From assembly GCF_965641715.1 (NCBI RefSeq), contig NZ_OZ282453.1: DNA of 64,000 nt; one strand, given 5' to 3'. The notes under the pieces are model-generated. The model did not search any database, was not told the origin of the DNA, and saw only the letters and a list, made by a program, of their open reading frames with translations. Source of the DNA: Escherichia coli (GTDB taxonomy: Bacteria > Pseudomonadota > Gammaproteobacteria > Enterobacterales > Enterobacteriaceae). Of this stretch, positions 22,414-34,102 are shown piece after piece (the stretch's first letter is position 1; every line of letters starts with the position of its first letter). A program made the translations under genes and the position numbers.

Positions 22414-24690
22414 TTAATGCGCTGCTTCCGCCTTGTGCTTTTGTGCACTCTGAAATCCGTAAGTCAGCTCATTTTTCTCTTTATCCAGCGCGACGGTGAC
22501 CTGACCGCCGTCCACCAGCGAACCAAACAGCAGTTCGTTGGCAAGCGGTTTTTTCAGGTTGTCCTGGATGACACGCGCCATCGGACGTGCGCCCATTGCC
22601 CGGTCGTAACCTTTCTCGGCCAGCCAGTTGCGCGCTTCCTGGCTCACTTCCAGAGAAACACCTTTCTGATCCAGCTGAACCTGCAACTCGACGATGAATT
22701 TATCCACCACCTGATGGATCACGTCAGTTGACAGATGATCGAACCAGATAATGTTGTCGAGACGGTTACGGAATTCCGGTGTAAAGATCTTCTTGATCTC
22801 TTCCATCGCATCGGTGCTGTTATCCTGGTGGATAAGACCAATGGATTTGCGCTCAGTTTCCCGTACCCCGGCGTTGGTGGTCATCACCAGCACCACGTTA
22901 CGGAAGTCCGCTTTGCGTCCGTTGTTATCGGTCAGCGTACCGTTGTCCATCACCTGCAACAGAATATTGAACACGTCCGGGTGCGCTTTCTCGATTTCGT
23001 CCAGCAGCAGCACCGCATGTGGATGCTTGATGACCGCATCAGTCAGCAAACCGCCCTGATCAAAACCAACGTATCCCGGAGGCGCACCAATAAGACGGCT
23101 GACGGTATGGCGTTCCATATACTCGGACATATCAAAGCGCAGAAGCTCAATGCCCAAAGCTTTCGAAAGCTGTACCGTCACCTCTGTTTTCCCGACCCCG
23201 GTAGGGCCGGCAAACAGGAACGAACCAACCGGTTTATGTTCGTGACCTAAACCTGCACGCGCTATCTTAATGGCTTCAGTCAGCGCCTCAATGGCTTTAT
23301 CCTGACCGAAGACCAGCATTTTCAGGCGATCGCCGAGGTTTTTCAGGGTATCGCGGTCACTCTGAGAAACACTCTTCTCTGGAATGCGTGCAATACGGGC
23401 CACCACGGACTCAATATCCGCCACATTTACGGTTTTCTTGCGTTTGCTTACCGGCATCAGGCGTGCGCGAGCGCCCGCTTCGTCGATAACATCAATCGCT
23501 TTATCCGGCAGATGACGATCGTTAATGTATTTCACCGCCAGCTCTACCGCCGCACGCACCGCTTTTGCGGTATAACGCACGTCGTGGTGCGCTTCATACT
23601 TCGGTTTCAGGCCATTGATGATTTGAACAGTTTCTTCGATCGACGGTTCAGTAATATCAATTTTCTGGAAGCGACGCGCCAGAGCACGGTCTTTCTCGAA
23701 AATGTTGCTGAACTCCTGATAGGTTGTCGAACCAATTACGCGAATTTTACCGCTGGAGAGCAACGGTTTGATTAGGTTAGCCGCATCGACCTGACCACCA
23801 GACGCTGCACCCGCACCGATAATGGTGTGGATCTCATCAATAAACAGGATGCTGTTAGTGTCCTGCTCCAGCTGCTTGAGCAACGCTTTAAAACGTTTTT
23901 CAAAGTCGCCGCGATATTTTGTGCCCGCTAACAGAGAACCGATATCGAGAGAGTAAATTGTACAGTCAGCCATCACTTCCGGCACATCGCCCTGAACAAT
24001 TCGCCAGGCAAGACCTTCCGCAATCGCAGTTTTACCAACACCAGATTCCCCCACCAGCAGCGGGTTGTTTTTACGGCGACGGCAGAGAACCTGAATAGCA
24101 CGCTCAAGCTCCTTCTCACGACCAATCAGTGGGTCGATTCCGCCCACGCGCGCAAGCTGATTCAGGTTCGTCGTGAAATTCTCCATACGTTCCTCCCCAC
24201 CAGCTTGTTCTTCGCTGTTTGGCTGGCTGCCAGGATCAGAAGACTGTGTCGGCTCGTCTTTACGCGTGCCATGAGAGATAAAGTTCACCACATCGAGACG
24301 GCTGACTTCATGTTTACGCAACAGATATGCCGCCTGCGACTCCTGTTCGCTAAAGATAGCGACCAGAACGTTTGCACCGGTAACCTCATTGCGACCGGAG
24401 GACTGGACATGGAAGACCGCACGTTGCAGTACACGCTGAAAACTCAGCGTCGGCTGTGTGTCGCGCTCCTCTTCACTGGCAGGCAGAACGGGTGTGGTTT
24501 GTTCAATAAAGGCTTCCAGTTCCTGACGGAGCGCAACCAAATCCACAGAACACGCTTCCAGCGCCTCCCGGGCAGATGGGTTACTGAGCAGCGCCAGTAA
24601 CAAGTGCTCGACGGTCATAAACTCATGACGGTGCTCGCGCGCTCTGGCGAAAGCCATATTTAAACTGAGTTCCAGTTCTTGATTGAGCAT
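22414..24690 (-). CDS. clpA: ATP-dependent Clp protease ATP-binding subunit ClpA
   Basis: 758 aa from [24 protein letters not shown]; two AAA modules ([16 protein letters not shown]); good SD upstream of this start. Confidence 0.95.
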   Translation of the reverse strand: MLNQELELSLNMAFARAREHRHEFMTVEHLLLALLSNPSAREALEACSVDLVALRQELEAFIEQTTPVLPASEEERDTQPTLSFQRVLQRAVFHVQSSGRNEVTGANVLVAIFSEQESQAAYLLRKHEVSRLDVVNFISHGTRKDEPTQSSDPGSQPNSEEQAGGEERMENFTTNLNQLARVGGIDPLIGREKELERAIQVLCRRRKNNPLLVGESGVGKTAIAEGLAWRIVQGDVPEVMADCTIYSLDIGSLLAGTKYRGDFEKRFKALLKQLEQDTNSILFIDEIHTIIGAGAASGGQVDAANLIKPLLSSGKIRVIGSTTYQEFSNIFEKDRALARRFQKIDITEPSIEETVQIINGLKPKYEAHHDVRYTAKAVRAAVELAVKYINDRHLPDKAIDVIDEAGARARLMPVSKRKKTVNVADIESVVARIARIPEKSVSQSDRDTLKNLGDRLKMLVFGQDKAIEALTEAIKIARAGLGHEHKPVGSFLFAGPTGVGKTEVTVQLSKALGIELLRFDMSEYMERHTVSRLIGAPPGYVGFDQGGLLTDAVIKHPHAVLLLDEIEKAHPDVFNILLQVMDNGTLTDNNGRKADFRNVVLVMTTNAGVRETERKSIGLIHQDNSTDAMEEIKKIFTPEFRNRLDNIIWFDHLSTDVIHQVVDKFIVELQVQLDQKGVSLEVSQEARNWLAEKGYDRAMGARPMARVIQDNLKKPLANELLFGSLVDGGQVTVALDKEKNELTYGFQSAQKHKAEAAH

Positions 24691-24720
24691 AGGCACCTCC
24701 CCCAATTTTTATGCCTGCAT

Positions 24721-25041
24721 TCAGGCTTTTTCTAGCGTACACAGCAATGGATGCTCATTCTCCCTCGCGTACTTGTTCACCATCGCCACTTTGGTTTCTG
24801 CAACCTCGGCGGTAAAGACTCCGCAAATGGCCTTCCCCTGGTAGTGAACAGCGAGCATCAATTGCGTTGCACGTTCTACATCATAAGAAAAGAATTTTTG
24901 TAACACGTCAATAACAAACTCCATCGGAGTGTAATCATCATTGACTAATATCACTTTATACATAGATGGCGGTTTTAGCGCGTCGCGAACTTTTTCTTCC
25001 GCCAGTTGATCAAAGTCCAGCCAGTCGTTCGTTTTACCCAT
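24721..25041 (-). CDS. clpS: ClpS adaptor (N-end rule)
   Basis: 106 aa, [43 protein letters not shown]... Confidence 0.95.
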
Positions 25042-25363
25042 TGTCAGTTATCATCTTCGGTTACGGTTATCGGCAGAACGCCCTGCCGCTGACAAGAGCT
25101 TATTTGCCTGACCAATCTACTCCACATGATAGATAACTATCATCTATCGTTGGCATCAGCGACATCTGTCACATTCCTGTCAATAGCGTTAACTGCTTCA
25201 AATTTTTGATTCATACCTGCCCCTTGTCCCCTGTCAAATGCTTGACGGCTCGCCCTAATTCTCTAAATTGTATTTCTAGAGTTGGCGAGGTTTTGAACAG
25301 CCCCCTCTCTGACCCCGGTTTATTCCATCTTACTTGTATAAGATTTGCGAAGGATGTCGAAGC

Positions 25364-25588
25364 ATGGAAAAGGGTACTGTTAAGTGGTTCAACAATGCCA
25401 AAGGGTTTGGTTTCATCTGCCCTGAAGGCGGCGGCGAAGATATTTTCGCTCATTATTCCACCATTCAGATGGATGGTTACAGAACGCTAAAAGCTGGACA
25501 ATCCGTTCAGTTTGATGTCCACCAGGGGCCAAAAGGCAATCACGCCAGTGTTATTGTGCCCGTCGAAGTAGAAGCGGCAGTCGCATAG
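25364..25588 (+). CDS. cspD: Cold-shock-domain protein CspD (stationary-phase replication inhibitor)
   Basis: 74 aa from MEKGTVKWFNNAKGFGFI (cold-shock RNP motif); the track ORF has an upstream extension. Confidence 0.93.
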   Translation: MEKGTVKWFNNAKGFGFICPEGGGEDIFAHYSTIQMDGYRTLKAGQSVQFDVHQGPKGNHASVIVPVEVEAAVA

Positions 25589-25620
25589 CTCTTCTGTCTC
25601 ATTGTGTACATCCTAAAGGC

Positions 25621-25651
25621 AAAATGCCAGCCCGATCGGCTGGCATTTTTA
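25621..25651. terminator. Bidirectional terminator between convergent cspD and macB
   Basis: aaaatgccagcccgatcggctggcattttt: perfect hairpin flanked by A-run and T-run. Confidence 0.7.
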
Positions 25652-25660
25652 TCTCAAAAA

Positions 25661-27607
25661 TTACTCTCGTGCCAGAGCATCTACTGGATCCAGTCGTGCC
25701 GCATTTCGTGCGGGTAACCAGCCAAATAAAATCCCGGTGACCGTCGAGCAGAGAAACGCCAGCAGCAGCGCCAACGGTGAAAAACCAATCTCCCAGCCGG
25801 GTAAGAAAAGCTGCAAGGTGAAAGCAATTAACAGTGACAGTGTTATTCCCAACGCGCCACCGACCAGGCAAACCAGTACGGCTTCGATCAGGAACTGTTG
25901 CAAAACATCGCTTGCTCGCGCACCTACAGCCATGCGAATGCCAATTTCCCGCGTCCGCTCGGTCACTGACACCAGCATAATATTCATTACACCAATACCG
26001 CCCACCACCAGCGAAATCACCGCCACCAGCGTCAGAAACAGTTGTAAAGTACGTGTGGTCTTTTCAACGGTTTTCAAGACGCCGTCCATGTTCCAGGTAA
26101 AGAAATCCTTCTTACCGTGGCGCAGTGAAAGTAAACGCGTGAGTTGCTGTTCCGCCTCGGCGCTGTCAAATCCTTCTTTCACCCTGACAGTAATGGAGTT
26201 AAGCCACGACTGGCCCATAACTCGCCCGGACATCGTGCTGTAAGGTAGCCAGACACGCAGCACTTTACTGCTACCAAACATCGACTGTTTTTCTTCCGCC
26301 ACACCAATGACTCTGGCGGGCATATTGCCGACCAGAATCACCTCGCCAACCACATCTGCTTTATGGGGGAAAAGCTGGCGGCGAGTATTACTGTCGAGAA
26401 CCACGACCTGCGCACGACCGTTCAGCTGCTCCTGATTAAAGGTGTTCCCTTCACTGAAGGTCATGCCATAGACATTAAAATAATCGCCGCTCACGCCATT
26501 GGCACTGGCAGCAACATCAACATTGTTATAACGCAGGCGCAGGTTTTGCGAGACGGCAGGTGTGGCTGAGGCGACCCACGGTTGTTTTTGGATGGCGATT
26601 AAGTCGTCGTACTTCAGCGCCTGCTGATATTGCGGATCGTCATCGCCAAAATCTTTCCCGGGGTAGACGTCAATAGTATTCGTACCAATAGAACGAATAT
26701 CCGCCAGCACCATTTGTTTGGCGGCGTCACCTACCACGACAATGGAAACCACCGACGCAATACCGATAATAATCCCCAGCATGGTCAGTAAAGTACGCAT
26801 TTTATTCGCTGCCAACGCCCGCCACGCCATCGTCAGCGCCTCGTTAAAACCGCTGACAAACTGCCGCCAGCCAGACACCGTGTTGACAACAGGTTCCGTC
26901 CGGCCAGCAACATTCACTTTTTCAATGGCGGGAGGATTGCGCACAATTTCGCCGTCGCGAATTTCGATCACCCGCTCGGCCTGAGCAGCAACCTGCGGAT
27001 CGTGAGTGACGATAATCACCGTATGCCCGCGATCGCGCAGCTGATGCAGGATCGCCATCACCTCTTCGCCTGAATGGCTGTCCAGTGCGCCGGTCGGTTC
27101 ATCGGCAAGAATTACCTGACCGCCGTTCATCAATGCCCGCGCGATGCTGACGCGCTGTTGCTGACCACCCGAAAGCTGTGCCGGATAATACTCTGTACGG
27201 TCTTCCAGCCCCAGTCGTTGCAGCAACTCCTGGGCGCGAAGCAGCCGCTGTTTCCGCTCAAGACCAGCATAGACGGCGGGTACTTCAACGTTCTGCTCGG
27301 CGGTTAAATGCGAAAGCAAATGGTAACGCTGGAAAATAAAGCCGAAATGCTCGCGGCGCAGTTGCGCCAGCGCATCGGCGTCCAGTGTGGCAACATCCTG
27401 ACCGGCGACGCGATAGGTGCCGCTGGTGGCCTTATCCAGACAGCCGAGAATATTCATCAGGGTCGATTTACCGGAACCCGAAGCGCCAACAATCGCCACC
27501 ATCTCACCAGCATAAATATCGAGGGTGATGCCCTTCAGCACCTCAACCTGCTCATCACCGGCAGGATAGCTGCGACGAATATCCTTTAATTCGAGCAAAG
27601 GCGTCAT
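25661..27607 (-). CDS. macB: Macrolide ABC exporter MacB (ATPase/permease)
   Basis: 648 aa; N-terminal ABC domain (GASGSGKST), C-terminal FtsX-like permease. Confidence 0.95.
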   Translation of the reverse strand: MTPLLELKDIRRSYPAGDEQVEVLKGITLDIYAGEMVAIVGASGSGKSTLMNILGCLDKATSGTYRVAGQDVATLDADALAQLRREHFGFIFQRYHLLSHLTAEQNVEVPAVYAGLERKQRLLRAQELLQRLGLEDRTEYYPAQLSGGQQQRVSIARALMNGGQVILADEPTGALDSHSGEEVMAILHQLRDRGHTVIIVTHDPQVAAQAERVIEIRDGEIVRNPPAIEKVNVAGRTEPVVNTVSGWRQFVSGFNEALTMAWRALAANKMRTLLTMLGIIIGIASVVSIVVVGDAAKQMVLADIRSIGTNTIDVYPGKDFGDDDPQYQQALKYDDLIAIQKQPWVASATPAVSQNLRLRYNNVDVAASANGVSGDYFNVYGMTFSEGNTFNQEQLNGRAQVVVLDSNTRRQLFPHKADVVGEVILVGNMPARVIGVAEEKQSMFGSSKVLRVWLPYSTMSGRVMGQSWLNSITVRVKEGFDSAEAEQQLTRLLSLRHGKKDFFTWNMDGVLKTVEKTTRTLQLFLTLVAVISLVVGGIGVMNIMLVSVTERTREIGIRMAVGARASDVLQQFLIEAVLVCLVGGALGITLSLLIAFTLQLFLPGWEIGFSPLALLLAFLCSTVTGILFGWLPARNAARLDPVDALARE

Positions 27608-28719
27608 TGTGCAGCTCCTGGTTTGGCCTCACCAATCACCACTTCATCGCCCGCTTCCAGCCCTTTGACAATCTCAACATCGGTATCGTTACGTGCGCCA
27701 ATCGTCACTTCACGCTCGCGTGTTTCACCATTACGCAACAATTTGACTTTATAACGATTATCGCCAACCGGATCGCCTAACGCCGACAGAGGGATCGTCA
27801 GCACATTTTTCACATCGGTGAGCTGAATATGCACTTGCGCAGTCATATCCAGCCGCAGCAAACCATTGGGGTTGGGGACTTCAAAACGGGCGTAATAGAA
27901 AATAGCGTCGTTAACCTTTTCCGGCGTCGGTAGTACATCCTTGATTTGCCCCTCGTAGCGCGTCAGTGGATCGCCAAGTACCGTAAACCAGGCTTTTTGC
28001 CCCGGCTTCAGGTGGATTACATCCGCTTCAGAAACCTGCGCTTTTACCAGCATGGTGCTCATATCTGCCAGCGTCAGAATGTTCGGTGCTTGTTGTGCGG
28101 CAATCACCGTCTGGCCTTGCAGAGTGGTGATTTGCGTGACTTCCCCGGCCATCGGGGCAACGATGCGAGTGTAATCGAGATTGGTTTTAGCCGTATCGAG
28201 AGAAGCCTGATTGCGCTTGATTTGCGCGTCAATGGTGCCAATTTGCGCCTGTTTCACAGCCATCTCCGTCGCGGCGGTGTCGAGATCCTGCTGTGAAACC
28301 GCCTGCGTTTGTGCCAGACGTTGCTGACGGGAATACGTCACCCGCGCCAGTTTCAGCTCCGCTTCCGCCTGCTGCCGCTGCGCGCGTAGCTCCATCAGCG
28401 TTGCTTCGACCTCCTTGATCTGGTTTTCAGCCTGTTCAGGATCAATGACCCCTAAAAGCTGGTCTTTTTTTACTTTATCGCCAATCGCCACCGACAGTGT
28501 TTTCAACTGACCGCTGACCTGCGCGCCCACATCAACCTTACGCAGCGCGTCCAGCTTTCCGGTCGCCAGCACGCTTTGCTGTAAATCACCGGGGCGCACA
28601 ATCAGTGTCTGATAAGTCGGCACGGGTGCGTTAAGAATTCTCCATAACGTAATCAGTCCGGCGATGACTATCACCAGCGCAATAACGTAACGCTTCTTCA
28701 CGGTTTTCCGCTTTTTCAT
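27604..28719 (-). CDS. macA: Macrolide exporter periplasmic adaptor MacA
   Basis: 371 aa from [21 protein letters not shown]; HlyD/membrane-fusion family; stop overlaps the macB start. Confidence 0.93.
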   Translation of the reverse strand: MKKRKTVKKRYVIALVIVIAGLITLWRILNAPVPTYQTLIVRPGDLQQSVLATGKLDALRKVDVGAQVSGQLKTLSVAIGDKVKKDQLLGVIDPEQAENQIKEVEATLMELRAQRQQAEAELKLARVTYSRQQRLAQTQAVSQQDLDTAATEMAVKQAQIGTIDAQIKRNQASLDTAKTNLDYTRIVAPMAGEVTQITTLQGQTVIAAQQAPNILTLADMSTMLVKAQVSEADVIHLKPGQKAWFTVLGDPLTRYEGQIKDVLPTPEKVNDAIFYYARFEVPNPNGLLRLDMTAQVHIQLTDVKNVLTIPLSALGDPVGDNRYKVKLLRNGETREREVTIGARNDTDVEIVKGLEAGDEVVIGEAKPGAAQ

Positions 28720-28833
28720 AAATATTCTGAATACTCCATATGCCAATCCGGGTCATTAACTTCAACGAAATATCAACAAAACCCTAAAATTTACGTTAGT
28801 AATCACACTATTGATGTTTGGTTAAGATACGCA

Positions 28834-29826
28834 ATGGTGAAATCGACGTCATGTATAACCATTGATTTCATGAATATGTCGCAGCTAACTGAACGGACCT
28901 TTACGTCATCTGAATCTCTCAGCAGCCTGTCACTTTTTCTTAGTCTGGCACGTGGACAGTGTCGGCCGGGTAAATTCTGGCATCGCCGTAGTTTTCGCCA
29001 GAAATTTTTGCTGCGCTCGTTGATTATGCCGCGTTTAAGCGTTGAGTGGATGAACGAACTTTCCCACTGGCCCAATCTCAATGTGTTGTTAACGCGCCAG
29101 CCGCGACTGCCTGTGCGTCTGCATCGCCCTTACCTTGCGGCGAATCTTAGCCGTAAGCAATTGCTGGAGGCGTTACGTTACCATTATGCGTTACTCCGCG
29201 GGTGTATGTCGGCGGAAGAATTCAGCTTATATTTGAATACCCCCGGGCTGCAACTGGCGAAGCTGGAAGGCAAAAACGGCGAGCAGTTCACGCTTGAGCT
29301 GACCATGATGATCTCAATGGATAAAGAAGGTGACAGCACAATCCTGTTCCGCAACAGCGAAGGTATTCCTCTGGCAGAAATCACGTTTACCCTGTGCGAA
29401 TATCAGGGGAAAAGAACGATGTTTATTGGTGGACTGCAAGGCGCAAAATGGGAAATTCCACATCAGGAAATCCAGAATGCGACGAAAGCCTTCCACGGGC
29501 TATTTCCCAAACGCCTCGTGATGGAAGCGGCCTGTCTGTTTGCCCAACGTTTGCAGGTAGAGCAGATTATTGCCGTCAGCAATGAAACGCATATTTACCG
29601 CAGCCTGCGTTATCGCGATAAAGAAGGCAAGATCCATGCCGATTACAACGCTTTCTGGGAATCGGTTGGCGGCGTATGTGATGCTGAACGCCATTACCGC
29701 CTTCCAGCACAGATAGCACGAAAAGAGATTGCCGAAATCGCCAGTAAAAAACGGGCTGAATACCGTCGGCGCTATGAGATGCTCGACGCTATTCAGCCAC
29801 AAATGGCCACGATGTTTCGCGGTTAA
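28834..29826 (+). CDS. ybjX: VirK/DUF535-family protein YbjX
   Basis: 330-aa ORF; synteny, divergent from macA. Exact start not independently confirmed. Confidence 0.8.
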   Translation: MVKSTSCITIDFMNMSQLTERTFTSSESLSSLSLFLSLARGQCRPGKFWHRRSFRQKFLLRSLIMPRLSVEWMNELSHWPNLNVLLTRQPRLPVRLHRPYLAANLSRKQLLEALRYHYALLRGCMSAEEFSLYLNTPGLQLAKLEGKNGEQFTLELTMMISMDKEGDSTILFRNSEGIPLAEITFTLCEYQGKRTMFIGGLQGAKWEIPHQEIQNATKAFHGLFPKRLVMEAACLFAQRLQVEQIIAVSNETHIYRSLRYRDKEGKIHADYNAFWESVGGVCDAERHYRLPAQIARKEIAEIASKKRAEYRRRYEMLDAIQPQMATMFRG

Positions 29827-31481
29827 TCCGCGCGACCGCGCGCCAGCCACAGCACGCGTGAGAACATTTTTTTCAGCAGCGTCGGTACGGAGTCCACACC
29901 ACGACGTCCGGCCTCCATTGCCACTTCAATGGCAAGATCGGGTTTGGAAGAGCGATGGATCGCTTTCGAGATAATTTTGCGCAGATTCATCGGTACATTT
30001 TCCGGGATTTGCGCCACGCGGTGGAACACATCGGAAAATCCCTGGCGATACATAAAATGTTCCATATCCAGCGCCGGTAACGCCGTTAAATGTTCTCGTT
30101 CGGCTTCCCGATCATTATTCAACAGGCTGCGTACCGTAGCGGCATATTTCTTCCCTGCTTCATCGCCATCGACCAGCACATGCCATTCAATCCCCATTCG
30201 GCGGGCAAATTTAACCAGTGGCTTTAGCCCGGACTGGGCAAACTCAATGACCTTGATCCCTTCGGCATCAAAATGATGTCCGCACTGACGCGCCAGTTCA
30301 TTGATAACCCAGGTTTCCGTTTCCCCTTCCACCAGCAACCAGCAGCGAGCAAACAGCGATGACGGACGATTAAAACGAATGTGAAAAGAGATGCGGCGGC
30401 TGTCTTCGGTGCTCAAGCCACTTGGCCCCAGACGCCAGGCGGCAACACGAGAAGATTCACGCACCAGGCGGCAAACATGTTCCACTGGAGTTAACGAAAG
30501 CAGCTCGCCAGAGTTGGTGGTAGCAATACGTTGTAAAGGCAAAAGATTCAACAGATGCCAGGCAACTGAAAGCATAATGGGGTGTAAACGCGTTTCTGGA
30601 TCTTCGATCAGCAACAATGGACGGGCGTCTTTATCCAGTCGCAATGTGCCTTTTGCCTGCAATAAAGTAGCAAACAGGCCGAGCAAAATAACCCGATACG
30701 AGCGCCCTCCAGGTCGGTCAATCATCCGGTTGATGATGTCCAGATAGCGCCAGCTTCGTTGCTCATTGCTGGCCCGCCGCCGCATTAAACGATATCGCGC
30801 CTGTCCAGCCCCCTGCTCAGAGAAATAATGCTCAAGCAACTGCACCATTGCGGAAAGTCCCTGACGAATCTGTCCATCAGAGAGATTTTGCGGATGTGAG
30901 GACAACTCACGGGCGAGGAAATCGAGCTGGCGCGCGGTGACTTCCACATTGGGGACATTTGGCACCGTGCCGTTACGAATACGGCGCATAAAACGGGCAT
31001 CACGCAAGCGCAGCACCGGCATTAAACGCACCAGATGGCGTGCCTGATCGTTAATATCCTCAACATCAATCGGATGTCCGTCTTTATCGAGAAAACTGCG
31101 CAGTGTCATCACGCTGCCGTCTTCCGCACTCTCCCCTTCCAGACGATAAAAAATACGGTGATAGCCATCGGTGCATGGCGTCCAGCACGCTTCCAGCGGC
31201 CGATAACGGCGAACCCGATGTCGGCCTGGCAGCGATTCGCGGAAGGTCAAAATAATATGCAGATGATGTTCTCGCCCGTTGATATCTCCCGGCGGGAACC
31301 AGAAATCGTCGCGCTCAAAATGGTAGAGATCTGATTCTGGCGATAGCAGCAGGGTTAAGGCGTCCAGCAAGCTGGATTTACCCCACGCGTTCTCCCCAAT
31401 CAGGACGTTGTTTTGTTCCAGCATCAACGACAAACGGTTGATACCGCGAAAACCCACAATTTCAACGCGCTCAAGAATCAT
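29823..31481 (-). CDS. ybjD: YbjD, OLD-family ATPase/TOPRIM nuclease-like protein
   Basis: 552 aa; N-terminal P-loop-like NTPase region (GENAWGKSSLLDA) with a C-terminal domain; conserved synteny between ybjX and aqpZ. Confidence 0.85.
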   Translation of the reverse strand: MILERVEIVGFRGINRLSLMLEQNNVLIGENAWGKSSLLDALTLLLSPESDLYHFERDDFWFPPGDINGREHHLHIILTFRESLPGRHRVRRYRPLEACWTPCTDGYHRIFYRLEGESAEDGSVMTLRSFLDKDGHPIDVEDINDQARHLVRLMPVLRLRDARFMRRIRNGTVPNVPNVEVTARQLDFLARELSSHPQNLSDGQIRQGLSAMVQLLEHYFSEQGAGQARYRLMRRRASNEQRSWRYLDIINRMIDRPGGRSYRVILLGLFATLLQAKGTLRLDKDARPLLLIEDPETRLHPIMLSVAWHLLNLLPLQRIATTNSGELLSLTPVEHVCRLVRESSRVAAWRLGPSGLSTEDSRRISFHIRFNRPSSLFARCWLLVEGETETWVINELARQCGHHFDAEGIKVIEFAQSGLKPLVKFARRMGIEWHVLVDGDEAGKKYAATVRSLLNNDREAEREHLTALPALDMEHFMYRQGFSDVFHRVAQIPENVPMNLRKIISKAIHRSSKPDLAIEVAMEAGRRGVDSVPTLLKKMFSRVLWLARGRAD

Positions 31482-31906
31482 ATCCCCTCCAGAAATATGT
31501 GACTTATCCTTTACGCTGGCAGTATAACGGGAAAGGCCTTGCTAATACGTGATGACATCACATTTAAGCATGGCAAATGTCTGAAAAATGAGCGAATAAT
31601 CGCGTTATACTCCCTCTTGCTGATAAGTCTGCAAAAACAACAAAATCAAATAATTAGCATGATAAATTATTTTTTATTACGCCTAAAGGATTAAATCTTT
31701 TGCTTGCACTACACTGTCAATCAGACAAATGACTATATGGGGCAACCCGCTGTTGCCCTAAATCAAATTTACTGGATTTATTTATCTGGTGAATGACTCG
31801 CCTTCGTTTTTAAAATAGCCGCGCATTATTTCCGTCGTCACTTTTTTACGACGACCCTATAAAACGACCATATTTTTCACAGGGTCAATTTTTAATTGAG
31901 GTGGAT

Positions 31907-32602
31907 ATGTTCAGAAAATTAGCAGCTGAATGTTTTGGTACTTTCTGGCTTGTTTTTGGTGGCTGTGGTAGTGCTGTACTGGCCGCAGGCTTCCCGGAAT
32001 TAGGCATTGGTTTTGCCGGCGTGGCGCTGGCATTCGGTTTGACCGTTCTGACGATGGCCTTCGCTGTTGGTCATATTTCTGGTGGTCATTTTAACCCAGC
32101 GGTCACTATTGGTTTATGGGCTGGCGGACGTTTTCCGGCAAAAGAAGTCGTTGGCTACGTAATTGCCCAGGTTGTCGGCGGTATTGTTGCAGCGGCGCTG
32201 CTGTATTTAATTGCCAGTGGTAAAACGGGTTTTGACGCGGCAGCCAGCGGTTTTGCTTCTAACGGTTATGGCGAGCATTCACCAGGCGGTTATTCCATGC
32301 TTTCCGCGCTGGTAGTTGAACTGGTATTGAGTGCAGGTTTCCTGTTGGTGATCCACGGCGCAACCGACAAATTCGCTCCGGCAGGTTTTGCGCCGATCGC
32401 TATTGGTCTGGCCTTAACCCTGATTCACTTAATCAGTATTCCGGTGACTAACACTTCTGTTAACCCGGCGCGCAGCACCGCAGTTGCCATCTTCCAGGGC
32501 GGCTGGGCATTAGAACAACTGTGGTTCTTCTGGGTGGTGCCAATTGTCGGTGGCATTATCGGTGGTCTGATTTACCGGACTCTGCTGGAAAAGCGTAATT
32601 AA
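31907..32602 (+). CDS. aqpZ: Aquaporin Z
   Basis: 231 aa from [19 protein letters not shown]; two NPA motifs ([16 protein letters not shown]). Confidence 0.95.
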   Translation: MFRKLAAECFGTFWLVFGGCGSAVLAAGFPELGIGFAGVALAFGLTVLTMAFAVGHISGGHFNPAVTIGLWAGGRFPAKEVVGYVIAQVVGGIVAAALLYLIASGKTGFDAAASGFASNGYGEHSPGGYSMLSALVVELVLSAGFLLVIHGATDKFAPAGFAPIAIGLALTLIHLISIPVTNTSVNPARSTAVAIFQGGWALEQLWFFWVVPIVGGIIGGLIYRTLLEKRN

Positions 32603-32639
32603 TTAGCATTGGCATTTTATCTGCCCTGGTTGTTTTATC

Positions 32640-32900
32640 TTCGACATTACAAACCGCACGGGTATTGGTGGCGTCAAAATCGCTGAAGCGTTCCCCGAAG
32701 GCCGGGGCAGCCCACATGGATGTGGGCTGAGGGTGCGTCTTACAGGACGTTACCTCGCGCCCGACCCGGTAGCCGAAGGGGATAAGCTGAAGGTACCGCG
32801 CAGCGGCGATTTTGTTCGCCAGAGCCCGGGGGTGCAGGGGGCGGCGGCGACTGGCCGCCCCCTGCGCGCTCCCTGCGCCAGTGGCTTTATATGGCATTGC
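32640..32900. other. GC-rich, hairpin-dense intergenic element between aqpZ and lysO (function unknown)
   Basis: Several perfect inverted repeats (cagcccacat-gg-atgtgggctg; gggggcgg...ccgccccc; ccccg-aaggc-cgggg) and a local GC content well above that of neighbouring intergenic DNA. Confidence 0.4.
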
Positions 32901-33059
32901 ACATGAAAGGAGCGCAACAATGCTAAACACTCATATAGAATTAAAAATCCCCCTCTGATGCATAACATTTCCTTTTAATTGCAACTTTACTCGTCCTTCC
33001 GCTTTCAGTAGTGTGTCATCGCGCATTTCGACTTCTTTCTTTGCAAGGGCTGGGTTTTC

Positions 33060-33959
33060 ATGTTTTCTGGGTTGTTAATCATTCTGGTTCCCCTGATTGT
33101 GGGTTACCTCATTCCGCTTCGCCAACAAGCTGCGTTAAAAGTTATTAATCAGCTATTAAGCTGGATGGTTTACCTTATTCTCTTTTTTATGGGTATCAGT
33201 CTGGCGTTTCTCGATAACCTCGCCAGTAACCTGTTGGCGATTCTGCATTATTCTGCCGTCAGTATTACCGTTATTTTACTGTGTAATATTGCCGCCCTTA
33301 TGTGGCTGGAGCGCGGTCTGCCGTGGCGCAACCACCATCAGCAAGAAAAACTCCCGTCGCGTATTGCGATGGCGCTTGAGTCGCTAAAACTGTGCGGCGT
33401 AGTAGTGATTGGTTTTGCCATTGGCCTGAGTGGACTGGCTTTCTTACAACACGCGACCGAAGCCAGTGAATACACCTTAATTCTGCTACTTTTCCTCGTC
33501 GGTATTCAGTTGCGCAATAATGGCATGACCTTAAAGCAGATTGTCCTTAATCGCCGGGGAATGATTGTCGCCGTGGTGGTGGTTGCCAGTTCATTAATTG
33601 GTGGTTTAATTAACGCCTTTATTCTTGATCTACCCATCAATACCGCGCTGGCAATGGCCTCTGGTTTCGGCTGGTATTCTCTTTCCGGTATTTTATTGAC
33701 CGAATCTTTTGGTCCGGTAATCGGGAGCGCGGCGTTTTTTAATGATCTGGCCCGTGAGCTGATTGCAATTATGTTGATCCCTGGGCTGATTCGCCGCAGC
33801 CGCTCTACCGCACTGGGCTTATGCGGTGCGACGTCGATGGATTTCACCCTGCCCGTTCTTCAACGTACTGGCGGGCTGGATATGGTCCCGGCGGCAATTG
33901 TTCACGGTTTTATTCTTAGCCTGTTAGTGCCGATCCTCATCGCCTTTTTCTCTGCGTAA
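33060..33959 (+). CDS. lysO: Lysine exporter LysO (YbjE)
   Basis: 299-aa polytopic membrane protein; synteny. Confidence 0.9.
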   Translation: MFSGLLIILVPLIVGYLIPLRQQAALKVINQLLSWMVYLILFFMGISLAFLDNLASNLLAILHYSAVSITVILLCNIAALMWLERGLPWRNHHQQEKLPSRIAMALESLKLCGVVVIGFAIGLSGLAFLQHATEASEYTLILLLFLVGIQLRNNGMTLKQIVLNRRGMIVAVVVVASSLIGGLINAFILDLPINTALAMASGFGWYSLSGILLTESFGPVIGSAAFFNDLARELIAIMLIPGLIRRSRSTALGLCGATSMDFTLPVLQRTGGLDMVPAAIVHGFILSLLVPILIAFFSA

Positions 33960-33992
33960 TACCTCTCTGGCGGTAGATCCCTGCCGCCAAAA

Positions 33993-34006
33993 TTGCGCTA
34001 AATCAA
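33993..34006 (+). promoter_or_regulatory. FNR-like box upstream of hcp
   Basis: ttgcgctaaatcaa resembles the FNR consensus TTGAT-N4-ATCAA (8 of 10 positions); hcp is a known anaerobically induced gene. Confidence 0.4.
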
Positions 34007-34102
34007 TCTCCCTTAAAGTTGCATGAAAAATCCCTTTTATCCCCGCGTTAAGCGTCTTAACCTTAAACATGTATATTAAATATAACTTTAAAAGGTGTGA
34101 TC

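Noticed and set aside
28720-28833. PhoP box upstream of ybjX
   Set aside because: Only a single TGTTTG-like half-site is visible; the direct-repeat architecture is not evident.
32556-32968. Minus-strand ORFs of 124 and 72 aa in the aqpZ-lysO spacer
   Set aside because: Open frames caused by the high GC content of the structured intergenic element; no start context, and one overlaps the aqpZ 3' end.
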